Source: Octopus vulgaris
Lineage: Eukaryota
Direction of reading: 5' to 3'
Length of the DNA: 64,000 nt
NCBI GenBank assembly: GCA_951406725.2
Contig: OX597814.1
Span: 27,838,001-27,902,000, forward strand
The notes beneath the pieces were generated by a model, which was not told the origin of the DNA, did not search any database, and saw only the letters and a list, made by a program, of their open reading frames with translations. This document shows, piece after piece, positions 7,894 through 21,000 of the stretch; position 1 is the first letter of the stretch; each line of letters starts with the position of its first letter. A program made the translations under genes and the position numbers.

Positions 7894-10221
7894 TTATTGC
7901 TTATTTAGCTTGGGTTCGAATTTATCAATAAAATTCTTTTCTCTGATTTTCCTCTCGATTTCACTTGGGCTGTGTAATTTGTAGAATGGAAATATTATAT
8001 ATATTTTCCGACCACATGTTGCTAGGTGGTTACTCAAAGGTATCTGACGGACCTCTGGGTCTCTAATCTGTTGCCGGTGTACACGTGAGCGTTCTAATAG
8101 TGCGTTTCCCGTCTGACCTACATATATTTCTTCACAATTTGGGCATTTGATGCAGTAAATTAAATTTCTGCTTTTGCAGTTCATATTCGCGTTTGTGAAT
8201 ATTTTCCCGGTTTTTGTGTTTATATATTGACCGGTATGTATGAATTGGCATGTGCCACATCGGCTATCATTGCATTTAGATACCGTGAATGTTTGGTCTT
8301 TGTTGCTGAGGTCAAATTTTGCCTTTGTTAGTAATGTTTTCAAGTTTTTAGGCTGTCTTTTACTAAGCACCATAGCTCGATCCTTGATTATGTCTTTTAA
8401 TTCATTACTTTGGGCAATGATTGGTAGGTTTGCTTTGGCAATGTTGAAGATATTCTGGTGACATGGGTTGTGTGTCACTATGAATGGTATGACTTGTTCT
8501 TGTTTTCCTCTTCCTTGGGTTGTCCTAAGTTGTTGTATAGGTATTTTTATAGCCCGCTGTATGCCATTTTCTATAAGTAGAGATGGGTATTTTTGTTTGA
8601 GCAAAAATTCTCTTAGTTCTATTAGGCGTTTGTTCCTGATATTTGCATCTTCTACAATAGTACAAATTCTTCTGGCTAGGCAGTATGGGATGTTACGTTT
8701 TGTATGTGGTGGATGGCACGACTTAAAATTTAGGTATTGATGTGTGTCTGTGTGTTTATAGTATATATCTGTGGTGATGGTGGTGTCTTTTTTAATTACC
8801 ATTATATCCAGGAATGGTAATTTGGTACTACTCATCTCCTTTGTAAATTTGAGAGATGGGTGTAGGTTGTTCAGGAGGATATTGAACTCTTCCAGAGTAT
8901 TTAGAGATTCTGTCCAGATTATGAAACAGTCGTCTAGGTATCTCTTCCATGCCTTTTCAATATACTTTCTAAATCCAGTGCCATAGTTTACCTCCACCTC
9001 TTGGTAGAGTTGTTCTTCTAAGTATCCCATTACAGAGTTGGCGTAAACGGGAGCAAACCTCGTTCCCATCGCCGTGCCTCTAATTTGGATGTAATTCTTT
9101 CCATTGAAGAAGAATGTGTTATTTTCTAGAATAAGTTTGACTGTGTCTAATATAAATGGCACTGTGAATCTGCTGGGAATCACTTCTCTATGTTTTTCTA
9201 ACCAGTGTTTAATCGCCTTTATTCCTAAATCGTGTGGAATATTGGTGTAGAGGCTTACCACATCAAAACTTAGTAAAACTGAATTTGTTTCTGTTGTTTT
9301 GGGAAGATGGGACAGGAAGTCGATGTCATCCCTGATGAAACTTGGTATGTAAGTACATAGTGGTTTCAAAACAATGTCAATAAAATTGCTTAGACGGTGT
9401 GTAGGGCATGCTGGACCAGCTATAATAGGTCTAAGTTTTAGGTCTTTTGGATGTAATAATTTTATGTACTCACTTTCTTGTTCTTTTACTGCCTGTTGAA
9501 TGTTTTTTGATTTGTGTATTTTTGGTAAGCCGTAGAAGTTGCTGGGTTTTGGTTCAAAATTGGTGATGTAGTCTTTTTCATTATCCGTAAGTGAGTTGTG
9601 GTGTGTTGAAATCAGGTTGTTGATCTTTTTCATGATGTGGTGGTCTATATTTGCGGGTATTTCACAATAGAAGGTTGTATCCTTCAGTTGGTCTTCAACC
9701 AAATCCTTATAGTATTCGGTATCCATTATAACAATTGCACCACCTTTATCTGCTTGTTTAATTATTATTGTTTGATCGTTTTGTATACGTTTACATGCAG
9801 ACATCTCTGATTTGCTAATGTTTGGCCTAACATTGGTATTGCGTCTAAGGGGAAATTTAGACAGGATATCAATGTATTGGTCAAGGTAGTTATTTCTTCC
9901 TTTTGGTGGGGTGAAATTTGATTTATTCCTTACTAGGGATTCATCAATCTCATTACTTTTGTTAGCGAAGAATTCTACAAGTCGTAATTTTCGACAGAAT
10001 TTTTGGATATCCTCCTTTAATTCTTGGTGGTTGGCTGTTGGTGTAGGTGTGAATTTCAGTCCTTTTGACAGAAGTTGGATTTCATCATTGTCAAGATCTC
10101 TTTTTGATAAATTAATTATTTTAGGATCTATACGTTCAGTTGTTTGGGGTATGTTTCCTCTTGGATTTTTTCTTTCTCCGGTGTTTGTTGTCCTGACGTA
10201 AAAAAATGGATTTTTTTCTGG
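7894..10221 (-). CDS. PLE ORF2 RT-GIY-YIG, copy 2 (first ATG 9804)
   Basis: Protein identical to copy 1 in the ORF track. Confidence 0.95.
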   Translation of the reverse strand, partial: PEKNPFFYVRTTNTGERKNPRGNIPQTTERIDPKIINLSKRDLDNDEIQLLSKGLKFTPTPTANHQELKEDIQKFCRKLRLVEFFANKSNEIDESLVRNKSNFTPPKGRNNYLDQYIDILSKFPLRRNTNVRPNISKSEMSACKRIQNDQTIIIKQADKGGAIVIMDTEYYKDLVEDQLKDTTFYCEIPANIDHHIMKKINNLISTHHNSLTDNEKDYITNFEPKPSNFYGLPKIHKSKNIQQAVKEQESEYIKLLHPKDLKLRPIIAGPACPTHRLSNFIDIVLKPLCTYIPSFIRDDIDFLSHLPKTTETNSVLLSFDVVSLYTNIPHDLGIKAIKHWLEKHREVIPSRFTVPFILDTVKLILENNTFFFNGKNYIQIRGTAMGTRFAPVYANSVMGYLEEQLYQEVEVNYGTGFRKYIEKAWKRYLDDCFIIWTESLNTLEEFNILLNNLHPSLKFTKEMSSTKLPFLDIMVIKKDTTITTDIYYKHTDTHQYLNFKSCHPPHTKRNIPYCLARRICTIVEDANIRNKRLIELREFLLKQKYPSLLIENGIQRAIKIPIQQLRTTQGRGKQEQVIPFIVTHNPCHQNIFNIAKANLPIIAQSNELKDIIKDRAMVLSKRQPKNLKTLLTKAKFDLSNKDQTFTVSKCNDSRCGTCQFIHTGQYINTKTGKIFTNANMNCKSRNLIYCIKCPNCEEIYVGQTGNALLERSRVHRQQIRDPEVRQIPLSNHLATCGRKIYIIFPFYKLHSPSEIERKIREKNFIDKFEPKLNKQ

Positions 10222-11420
10222 TTATGATTTATATTCCTGTTGATGTTTGCTTGATGAATTTTGCGTTTTGGTTGTGGTACTTTACTTGGTTTCGTTATGT
10301 TTTCTGTCTTGTTTTTGGTATTATGTATGCTACTTTTCAATTTCTTGTTAGCATTGTTTTTAACCACCTGGAGAAATGATCTGGGTTTACTTCTAGATCT
10401 AGATCGGTTTTTTGTCCAGTTTCTTGTGGGTAATCTCTGTTGAGGTCTTGAAAATGATCTCCTGTTATTTCTACTGCTAATGGTCTGTTCAAAACAATAT
10501 CTATTTTGTTTGTGCTTTTTGTTCATGTTGTGTGCATTAGGGTGTTTGCATACAAAATGGGAAGAGTTCTTACCGTAGTTCGTCTTCGATTCGTGGTGAA
10601 ACGGGTGTTCATGTTGCCACGTGTTCTGGTGTATGTTGCGTTGGTGAGGTTGTCCACTTTTAATGCTATTTCTCGGAGTTCTGGTGTCTTTACCGTAATT
10701 TGTAGCATATTTGTCGAGAAATAATTGTTTCCGCTGCCAAAACTTTCTTGATCTGCTTTCTTCTTTTGAGATATCTCTGATCCATAGTTCTCGCATTTTT
10801 TCTGCTATATTGCCGGTCGTTAGTTTGGATATTTCATCTCTGATTTGATCATCGATAGCTTCGTATTTGGCTTTGTAGCGGGATTGTTTAGACAGGGTAA
10901 TGGAGATGTCGGTCCTGAATTTTATCAAACTAAGGTCCCATCGAAGTTTAGTTTCTTCCTCTGGTTCTCCTGCAATTTCTTTAATTAGGTACTTCCGAGG
11001 AAGTATGGGTGCCGCTAAAGATATCCATTTCGAATGTATTTCAGCATATTTTTCGCATTTATATGCCTTCCAGAAGTTTTGTTTTCTTATGTTAAGGAGT
11101 TTTTTCCATGTCTTCTGTATCTCTTCTCTTTTTCGGTGTGCCTCTTTTTCCAGATTTCTTTCGTTTATTTCTGACATCCAAGGAGGTTGTGGTAGGCTTT
11201 CTCTTGTAGATTTTATAATTGTTGGTATCATTTCAGCTAAATTCTTAATTTCAGAGTTTATGTGTTCATTTCCAAGTTTTCCGTCTGTAGACTGTTTTTC
11301 TATTTCCTTTAAAATAGAGGATTGTGTGTCAATCATCGTGATGAGTGTTGATAATTTCGATGAAATTTCCATTAGAATTCTTTCGGATTCTGTTAATTTT
11401 GTTTGTTGCTTTCCAGACAT
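10128..11420 (-). CDS. PLE ORF1, copy 2
   Basis: Identical 430-aa protein. Confidence 0.85.
   Translation of the reverse strand: MSGKQQTKLTESERILMEISSKLSTLITMIDTQSSILKEIEKQSTDGKLGNEHINSEIKNLAEMIPTIIKSTRESLPQPPWMSEINERNLEKEAHRKREEIQKTWKKLLNIRKQNFWKAYKCEKYAEIHSKWISLAAPILPRKYLIKEIAGEPEEETKLRWDLSLIKFRTDISITLSKQSRYKAKYEAIDDQIRDEISKLTTGNIAEKMRELWIRDISKEESRSRKFWQRKQLFLDKYATNYGKDTRTPRNSIKSGQPHQRNIHQNTWQHEHPFHHESKTNYGKNSSHFVCKHPNAHNMNKKHKQNRYCFEQTISSRNNRRSFSRPQQRLPTRNWTKNRSRSRSKPRSFLQVVKNNANKKLKSSIHNTKNKTENITKPSKVPQPKRKIHQANINRNINHNQKKIHFFTSGQQTPEKEKIQEETYPKQLNV
10200..10206 (-). other. Candidate -1 frameshift heptamer (copy 2)
   Basis: Same A7 run on the + strand, same phase. Confidence 0.6.
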
Positions 11421-11625
11421 GTTGGCATATACACAATAGGAATATAGATATATATATATATGGGTGTGTGTGATCGTGTATAGAAGAATATATTAATAAA
11501 AAGAATTCCAACCTTGTCTGATTTTCACGTTTTATTTACAATCTTATAATGATATATTATAAGATAATATATTATAATTGAATAAAATAAAATGAAATAG
11601 TAGAATGTTAAATATTCATTCTGAT

Positions 11626-11670
11626 TGAACTAGTACTTTCATGCATTGAATTCTGCAATCTTCGGGTTCA
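11626..11670 (-). ncRNA. Hammerhead-like motif (copy 3)
   Basis: Same sequence as 3084-3128. Confidence 0.7.
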
Positions 11671-12164
11671 TGTAGTAGTGTTGACAGTCATGCTTCACAA
11701 TTTTTGACTGTAGCAAGATGAGTGATTCTGTGCTATAAATACAGCTGGGTAGGCTCCAGAGTGCTAGGTTTTGCAAACTGTATTCTGACCAATCAGTGTG
11801 TAGTATCACTCAATTACTTAAGCTGATTGGTTGGTTGAGCTGATTGGTTTAGGCATCACGCTTTGTTGGACAGGTCAAGAGTCCTGTATCTTGACCCTGG
11901 CCGAAGCAGCAATTGTTGGGTTATTTTTAGAAATGTTGTAAATATCCTTTGTCAGAGATTTTTATATTTTTATATTTCAATTGTCATCATCATCATTGTC
12001 AGCACCTTAATTATTGTTGCTAGTGGTGATGGTGGTGGCAATAGAACTTTTAACCCTAAATAAGATAATTTTCCTGCTATCTTCGTCTTGATCACCTTTA
12101 GTATTGTTGTTGTTGTTAGTGGTCATGGTCGTAGCAGTGGAAGTAATACCTCTAAGTATTATTA

Positions 12165-13684
12165 TTATTGCTTATTTAGCTTGGGTTCGAATTTATCAAT
12201 AAAATTCTTTTCTCTGATTTTCCTCTCGATTTCACTTGGGCTGTGTAATTTGTAGAATGGAAATATTATATATATTTTCCGACCACATGTTGCTAGGTGG
12301 TTACTCAAAGGTATCTGACGGACCTCTGGGTCTCTAATCTGTTGCCGGTGTACACGTGAGCGTTCTAATAGTGCGTTTCCCGTCTGACCTACATATATTT
12401 CTTCACAATTTGGGCATTTGATGCAGTAAATTAAATTTCTGCTTTTGCAGTTCATATTCGCGTTTGTGAATATTTTCCCGGTTTTTGTGTTTATATATTG
12501 ACCGGTATGTATGAATTGGCATGTGCCACATCGGCTATCATTGCATTTAGATACCGTGAATGTTTGGTCTTTGTTGCTGAGGTCAAATTTTGCCTTTGTT
12601 AGTAATGTTTTCAAGTTTTTAGGCTGTCTTTTACTAAGCACCATAGCTCGATCCTTGATTATGTCTTTTAATTCATTACTTTGGGCAATGATTGGTAGGT
12701 TTGCTTTGGCAATGTTGAAGATATTCTGGTGACATGGGTTGTGTGTCACTATGAATGGTATGACTTGTTCTTGTTTTCCTCTTCCTTGGGTTGTCCTAAG
12801 TTGTTGTATAGGTATTTTTATAGCCCGCTGTATGCCATTTTCTATAAGTAGAGATGGGTATTTTTGTTTGAGCAAAAATTCTCTTAGTTCTATTAGGCGT
12901 TTGTTCCTGATATTTGCATCTTCTACAATAGTACAAATTCTTCTGGCTAGGCAGTATGGGATGTTACGTTTTGTATGTGGTGGATGGCACGACTTAAAAT
13001 TTAGGTATTGATGTGTGTCTGTGTGTTTATAGTATATATCTGTGGTGATGGTGGTGTCTTTTTTAATTACCATTATATCCAGGAATGGTAATTTGGTACT
13101 ACTCATCTCCTTTGTAAATTTGAGAGATGGGTGTAGGTTGTTCAGGAGGATATTGAACTCTTCCAGAGTATTTAGAGATTCTGTCCAGATTATGAAACAG
13201 TCGTCTAGGTATCTCTTCCATGCCTTTTCAATATACTTTCTAAATCCAGTGCCATAGTTTACCTCCACCTCTTGGTAGAGTTGTTCTTCTAAGTATCCCA
13301 TTACAGAGTTGGCGTAAACGGGAGCAAACCTCGTTCCCATCGCCGTGCCTCTAATTTGGATGTAATTCTTTCCATTGAAGAAGAATGTGTTATTTTCTAG
13401 AATAAGTTTGACTGTGTCTAATATAAATGGCACTGTGAATCTGCTGGGAATCACTTCTCTATGTTTTTCTAACCAGTATTTAATCGCCTTTATTCCTAAA
13501 TCGTGTGGAATATTGGTGTAGAGGCTTACCACATCAAAACTTAGTAAAACTGAATTTGTTTCTGTTGTTTTGGGAAGATGGGACAGGAAGTCGATGTCAT
13601 CCCTGATGAAACTTGGTATGTAAGTACATAGTGGTTTCAAAACAATGTCAATAAAATTGCTTAGACGGTGTGTAGGGCATGCTG
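12165..13684 (-). pseudogene. 5'-truncated third copy of PLE ORF2
   Basis: Begins at [10 protein letters not shown]; one visible substitution (H>Y, position 13478 vs 4936). Confidence 0.93.
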
Positions 13685-13702
13685 TAGGCATATGTGTAGG
13701 GC

Positions 13703-14040
<338 letters not shown>

Positions 14041-14632
14041 TCATATATATGTACGTATGTATGTGTGTATGTATGCATACACGAATGTATGCATGTATGT
14101 ATATATATATGTATATATGTATGTATGTATGTACGTACATTGCCTGTGTAAGTATGTATGTATGTATGTATGTATATATGTATGTGTGTGTGTATGCACG
14201 TACATACACACTATAAACATAAAGCTATAAACCTGTAGTGATGGATAGATGTAGAGTGACCACTCATCACAATAATATCAAATTTCAACCTCCCCCGCCG
14301 AAACTAGGAAGTGATTTACGACCCTCACTCCCAAAACAAAACCCTAAAACCTATTATCAGACATTTATCTCTATATCACAGAACTTTTGTATGTATGTAT
14401 GTATGTATGTATGAATGTATGTATGTGTGTATGTACATACGTACGCATGTGCGTATGTATGTATACGCGCACGTATGCATGTGCCCATGTATGTGTGTGC
14501 GTACATGTACGTGCGTATGTACGTGTGTATGCCCATACGTAGGTATGTATGTATGTTTGTACTCATGTGCTACGTATGTATGTGAGTGTCTAGGAGAATG
14601 GGCAGACGCGTCTGTGAGAGTGTGTACGTGTG

Positions 14633-14665
<33 letters not shown>

Positions 14666-14699
14666 ATTTCTATATATATATTTATATATTAAAAAAAAA

Positions 14700-15024
14700 A
14701 AGGAGCACTCCGTCGGTTACAACGACGAGGGTCCCAGCTGATACGATCAACGGAACAGCTTGCTCGTGGAATTAACGTGCAAGTGACTGAGCAATCCACA
14801 GACACGTGTACCCCTAACGTAGTTCTCAGGGAGATTCAGCGTGACACAAAGTGTGACAAGGCCGGCCCTTTGAAATACAGGTACAACTCATTTTTGCCAG
14901 CTGAGTAGACTGGAGCAACATGAAATAAAGTGTCTTGCTCAAGGACACAACGCATCGCCGGGAATCGAACTCACGACCTTACAATCGTCAGTCGAATGCC
15001 CTAACCACTAAGCCACGCGCCTTC
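14700..15024 (-). mobile_element. tRNA-derived SINE (head type D, tail type X)
   Basis: Minus-strand A/B boxes TGGCTTAGTGG and AGTTCGATTCC; tail shared with 27767-27950. Confidence 0.85.
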
Positions 15025-15075
15025 ACTATATTTATATATATATATGTACTCAATGCCATCAACTCCCATGTCTAT

Positions 15076-15149
<74 letters not shown>

Positions 15150-15699
15150 GCGGGGTGTTGATATCATGTAGGCTGTAGATAATTGCAAAATGTTAGTTAT
15201 AAGGATTCTTTACAAGATCTTCATATTGTCCGTTAATTCCGCCCACTTCTTTATTGACAGACATTTTCGTCACATGTTGCTCGTCTGTCGGCAAGGTCAA
15301 ATTTCAGTCAACTTACTGTGTATACTTAACAGTCTGTGACATTTAGACATTTCATTTTCATAAATAACTTTTCACGCCCACAACTACTTCAGCAACGCGC
15401 GTACATACACACACACACACACACACACATTCAACTACTCCTACATATACTAGATAACACTGCATATGTGTATACACACACACACACACACACACACATA
15501 ATAATATATATACACACACATATATGTATTGAATATATATAAATCATACATATAATATACAATATACACACACACGCGCGTCTGTATATATATATATGTG
15601 TGTATATATTGTATAGCATATTTATAATATGTAAAAAAAACATGCGCAAATTATATAGAAAGTATATATAGGATATATAAGTATATATATGTATATATA

Positions 15700-15906
15700 T
15701 TGGTGATTTCTTTTCCTTCTTTGGACTTTTCCTTTTCTCCTTTCCGACGAAGAGCTATGCTCAAAACGTTAAACTCTCTCTTTTTACTGACCGTCAAGTT
15801 AATACATGCCTTGTGCACGACCTCTTGCTCTCCATTAATTTTTTTTTTACGTTTATTTGAATTGACTTGCCTTCGTCTTTTGTTTATTTTCATAAAGCTT
15901 CCCGTT
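15700..15906 (+). mobile_element. PLE pseudo-LTR-like remnant with degenerate hammerhead
   Basis: CCGACGA-A-GAGC-TAT-GCTC-AAAA-CG-TT at ~15744-15770; 3' end (...TTCATAAAGCTTCCCGTTA) shared with 41318-41560; TA tracts on both sides. Confidence 0.55.
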
Positions 15907-15927
15907 ATATATATATATATACATATA

Positions 15928-16240
15928 TAAAATGCAAAATGGGACAAGAACGCAAAACATCCGGACGACTAGGTGATACAAAAAGGGACAACAAAGCATC
16001 CAGATAGACGATACAAAGAAAACAAGGACGGGCCATTCGAAGTTTTCTATCTTCAGTCAAGAACCTGATTATCCTCGCAATTTCGGCTGATTATTCTTGA
16101 GATTGCTCCAGTCTGGCCAGCCCCAAGGAAAAACTAAGCTAAGAGCATTAGATTCCTTGGAAGAAAACATCGAATGTATACAAAAACAAGGACGGAAAAA
16201 ACGGACAATGTTACACAAATATAAATACAATAAAAAGTAC
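15928..16240 (-). mobile_element. TA-embedded interspersed repeat, probable PLE remnant (related copy at 55652-55787 in opposite orientation)
   Basis: Shared GACTGAAGA.AGAAAACT.CGAATG.CCCGTCCTTG segment. Confidence 0.5.
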
Positions 16241-16283
16241 ATACATATATATATATATATATATTCACACACACATACACACA

Positions 16284-16347
<64 letters not shown>

Positions 16348-17229
16348 CATACATGCGTACATACACACACATAGATATATTGTAAATTGCATAAAAACAT
16401 AATATATACATACATGCCTATGTGTGTGCATATATGATCAGACTCCAAAGAGACTGTTGTTGACTCACGTCAGCGAGGTATGTATTTTAGTAAAATATGT
16501 AAAAAGAGAGAAGTGAATTTGTCGCGGGGACTGAAAAACTCCAACGTTTCGAACATAGTACCTCTTCGGGTGAAAGTTGACAAGAAAGAAATTAACGGAA
16601 GACAGTAGATTCTTCATCCTCCAATCTACTGAAACTGGCTGCAACTGATGAGGACCACAGGAAGAAGGAACGAGTAGTGAAATGAGGAGATGAAGACGGC
16701 CAAATCAAGAATGAGGTAAAGGAAAGCAATGAGGTGAGTGGGGAGTTGAAAGATAAGAAAATATTCGAAGAACTAAGACGAGGTACAGGTGTAGAAGGAA
16801 AAACGTATATTTAAATCTATCAGTGACATGATTGTATATGAAATACTATTTCCTCTGTTTCTTTGAGAATGTGTGTCCCAGTACGATATCAGTTGAGAAT
16901 GTTAAGAGACTTCATTAAATAACATAAGTCGTTTGTCGTTTTTACCGAGATTCTGTTGAAACGAGGCTGTGAAACACCATTTAATACACAAGATACATAT
17001 AATAAAAGGGTACAAAATTAAATCACTTGCTACGAAAGCAAAATAAACAGCATAGTATATTCTATACATACATACATACATACATACATACATACATACA
17101 TACATACATACATACATACATAAATAAATAACTTCCTCTCGCCTCTCTCTCTATATAAATATGTATATATATGAGTGTGTGTACGGATGTATGCAAGTAT
17201 ATATGTGTGTATGTATCTCTCTCTTTCTC

Positions 17230-17266
<37 letters not shown>

Positions 17267-17298
17267 ATATACATACATACATACATACATACACACAC

Positions 17299-17352
<54 letters not shown>

Positions 17353-17443
17353 TTATATATATATATGTATAATCATATATACATATATACATACATATAC
17401 ATATATATATATATACACACACACACACACTCACATGTGTACC

Positions 17444-17474
<31 letters not shown>

Positions 17475-17535
17475 ATAAATTGCATCACTTGCTGTGAAAG
17501 CAAAATTGATAAGCGCGGTATTTACCAAACATACA

Positions 17536-17583
<48 letters not shown>

Positions 17584-18270
17584 CCTGTGATTGTGTGTGT
17601 TTGCGTGTGTGTGTGTGTAGGCATGTATGTGTGTGTGTGCGCGCGCACGTGTGTGTATACATATTTATGCATACACACACACACACACACACACACTAAC
17701 GCACACACACATATATTGATATAGCCATTAAAAGGCTTGCATTTCCGGCACTAAAATACTGCTGTATTTCCATAAGCAATGCTACTGAAAGCATTAAGAG
17801 CCAGTAAGTGTCATTTATATGAATGGCATCAATTGTTTGTGTCGATTATACGTTCAATAGGGAAGCAAAGTTCGAATTTTGCATAATTTTCAAGTAAATT
17901 ATCGGATAACAATTGTTGGACTATAAACATTACCACTTTGCTGTAACTTCAAGAGTTTCAAGACAATAGCAATTATGTAAAATAAATATTTCAATATTCC
18001 AGTCTTTATAAAGCATTTTATTAAAAAATCTACCAAATTAAAAATATTTCCTGTTCTGTTTGCAAAACGTTTAGGGGCCGTAGAGTGGAAGGTAAGCTGC
18101 AAACCGATGCAATTTCATGACTCGATTTCAATTTCTTATTGCTTCTTCACTTCACCTCACCCAGTGACCTGCAAAATCCACGAAATACAAGCTGTCTCGC
18201 ACGGAACATTTACTCTCTGAAATTTACTTCGTAGTCGAGTTTTTCCTTGTTGGTATGCTAATTTCTGCTA

Positions 18271-18505
18271 AGGCAGCGAGCTGGCAGAAACGTTAGCACG
18301 CCGGGCGAAATGCGTAGCCGTATTTCGTCTGCCGTTACGTTGTGAGTTCAAATTCAGCCGTGGTCGACTTTTGCCTTTCATCCTTTCGGGGTCGATAAAT
18401 TAAGTACCAGTTACGCACTGGGGTCGATGTAATCGACTTAATCCGTTTACTGTCCTTGTTTGTCCCCTCTCTGTTTAGCCCCCTTGTGGGCAATAAAGAA
18501 ATAAA
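18271..18505 (+). mobile_element. SINE family B
   Basis: GGCAGCGAGCTGGCAGAAACGTTAG head, GAGTTCAAATTC B-box, GCCTTTCATCCTTTCGGGGTCGATAAAT core; many copies in the window. Confidence 0.88.
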
Positions 18506-18532
18506 TATTATATATATATATATATATATGTA

Positions 18533-18890
18533 TAATTGAGTAGTTGAATGAATTATCTTAATATGGATAATTCGGTTAACCGATACCTGGGTAGCAAATT
18601 CACGTCAGAAAAACACAGTTGAAGCTACATGCCTAGGGCAGAGATCACGTGTTATCGTGTGGAAATTTGTGTGTTTTTTTAAAAACAAATAAATGAAAGA
18701 ATGGAGTTGAACGACGAATTTACAAAATTCCTTTATTTTATTTTCGACATATGTTTCGAAGGCTGCATATTCCTAATTTCGAAGGAATAAGGGGTGCATT
18801 ATGCCGCCTTCTCATCAGGAAAAGCAAGGAACTTATGTCAGCATCAAGATGCACAAAAACTTTTAGATGACTGCCCACACGGAGCCCATA
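18533..18890 (-). mobile_element. PLE pseudo-LTR remnant in a TA tract (relatives at ~42690-42775 and ~46815-47043)
   Basis: Contains a canonical hammerhead; shares the AATGGAG.TGAACG segment with two other TA-embedded copies. Confidence 0.65.
18741..18823 (-). ncRNA. Canonical type I hammerhead ribozyme
   Basis: TTTTC-CTGATGA-GAAGGC...GCCTTC-GAAA-CATATG-TC-GAAAA: full core, GUC cleavage triplet, extended stem II (TATTCCT/AGGAATA). Confidence 0.85.
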
Positions 18891-18896
18891 TGTATG

Positions 18897-18979
<83 letters not shown>

Positions 18980-19634
18980 GTATATATGTATATATGTATA
19001 TATATGTATATATATGAACGGTGAGCTTCTACACAGTTTCCGTCTCACAGAATTCACTCACATTCCGGAACTATAGTAGAAGGCTCTTGCCTAAGATACC
19101 GCGCAGTAGGACTGAATACGAAACCGCGTGGTTGCAAAATTGAGATTCTTAACCACACAACCATGTCTACACTTACGAAAAAATAATTCCTACTTAAAAA
19201 GTCATCAGTCTCCAAATCTCTTCTAGCGCACATTTTTTTTTCTCTCTGCAGACGTCGATTGAGTTGTTTAAACTGATCATCATCATTCGTATCAATCACA
19301 CAAATCGTAGAATGTCTGTGAAGGTCAGGAATAGCTTCTTTCACCTGACTAAACCATTAAAAAAGAAGAAAGCTTTTTTTTTTACTTGATTTTTCTCTAC
19401 TTGAGCAGATATCTGAGATGAGATGAAATAAAAACGTCTCGTAAATGTCATGTTACTTACTTGCGCATGCGCCAAAGAAAGGAATCAGAAATTTTGTATT
19501 TTAAGATGTGACAAATGATAGGACTTTGTAGCATTTATAGCGTATAATTTCGTGCGTCTAACTTCAGGATTCGTGCACCCAAGTGCACTCACGCACACAC
19601 ATACACACACATATACATATGTTGAAATGCACAC

Positions 19635-19675
<41 letters not shown>

Positions 19676-20046
19676 TTGAACTTATAACCACCAATCTGCT
19701 TTGCTTTCCTTTTCTTTCTACATGCCACCCTAAAAACATCGCCATTCCCGCCCGTTTCTCTAAAGTTCAACCTTCGCATATTCCCGGTGCACCCGCCCTT
19801 GCCCACCCCCACCACCAATACCGGATATCTCTATATTTTTGTTCCATCTATACCGGATGTCGCTTCTCCCACCACCATTATAGGTGTCTACTCTTCGAAC
19901 CCCCCTCTTCAACACGCTATTTCACCATGCATTACCCCTCTCTTGATATCCTACGTTCTACTTGCCTAGAACCTGTCATCATTTCTCTGAACCACCCTCC
20001 CCACTGGTGCTCCCCTATATATTTCTATACCCCCCCCCCCCCACAT

Positions 20047-20290
20047 AAAAAGCACCATCCGAATGTGGCCGATGCCAGATCCCTCTGGCACCTGTGCAGG
20101 TGGCACGTAAAAAACACCCACTACACTCGCGGAGTGGTTGGCGTTAGGAAGGGCATCCAGCTGTAGAAACACTGCCAGACTAGACTGGAGCCTGGGGCAG
20201 TCCCGAGCTCCCCAGACCCCGGTCGAAACCGTCCAACCCGTGCTAGCGCGGAAAACGGACGTTAAACGATGATGATGATGATGATGATGA
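20047..20290 (+). mobile_element. 3' tail of a SINE/LINE ending in (GAT)n
   Basis: GGTTGGCGTTAGGAAGGGCATCCAGCTGTAGAAAC...CGGACGTTAAAC followed by (GAT)n. Confidence 0.7.
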
Positions 20291-20390
20291 TATATATATA
20301 TATATAAACATTCATGTCTGCATTTCAACATATATATATGTGTGTATGTGTGTGCGTGCGTGTGTGTGTGTATGTGTGTGTGTATGTGTG

Positions 20391-20448
<58 letters not shown>

Positions 20449-20969
20449 CATGCGTGCGTGCGTGCGTGCGTGCACGTGGGTGCGCGAATCCTGAAGTTAG
20501 ACGCACGAAATTATACGCTATAATATAAACATATGTATATACACACACACAGACTTATGTATATGTGTACATATATACGCATACATATGTGTGTGAGTTT
20601 GTATATATATTTTTTGCTCTGTAGTTTCAACTCAGAGCTGCGGCCATGCTACTGCGTATACTGTGTATGTGGTGGAGGTTTTAATTTCGTGTTTCGACGG
20701 ATTAATCGATTGACAACACCGCGTGTATATATAGGTCTATTAACATCACGGTTGTATGTTATGACCGAGAAAAAGTAGAATAGCGATGAGGCTTTAAAGA
20801 GTGACTTTGTGACGCAGGTGTTGATCTTGATGTATTTATATGTCACTAAATCCCATTCATAGCTACATTTCATTGTTAAATTATCACATATCTATCATTC
20901 TAAATGCATATATATGTGTGTGCGTGTGTGCGTGTGTGTGTATGTGAGTGAGGGACACACACACACACG

Positions 20970-21000
<31 letters not shown>

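Larger units (their letters stand above)
2900..13684 (-). mobile_element. Tandem array (~2.5 units of 4271 bp) of a Neptune-like EN+ Penelope-like retroelement
   Basis: ORFs recur at a constant 4271-bp offset (3623/7894/12165; 5857/10128). RT plus GIY-YIG domains; TA-rich microsatellite on both sides; 5'-truncated inside RT at 13684. Confidence 0.96.
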
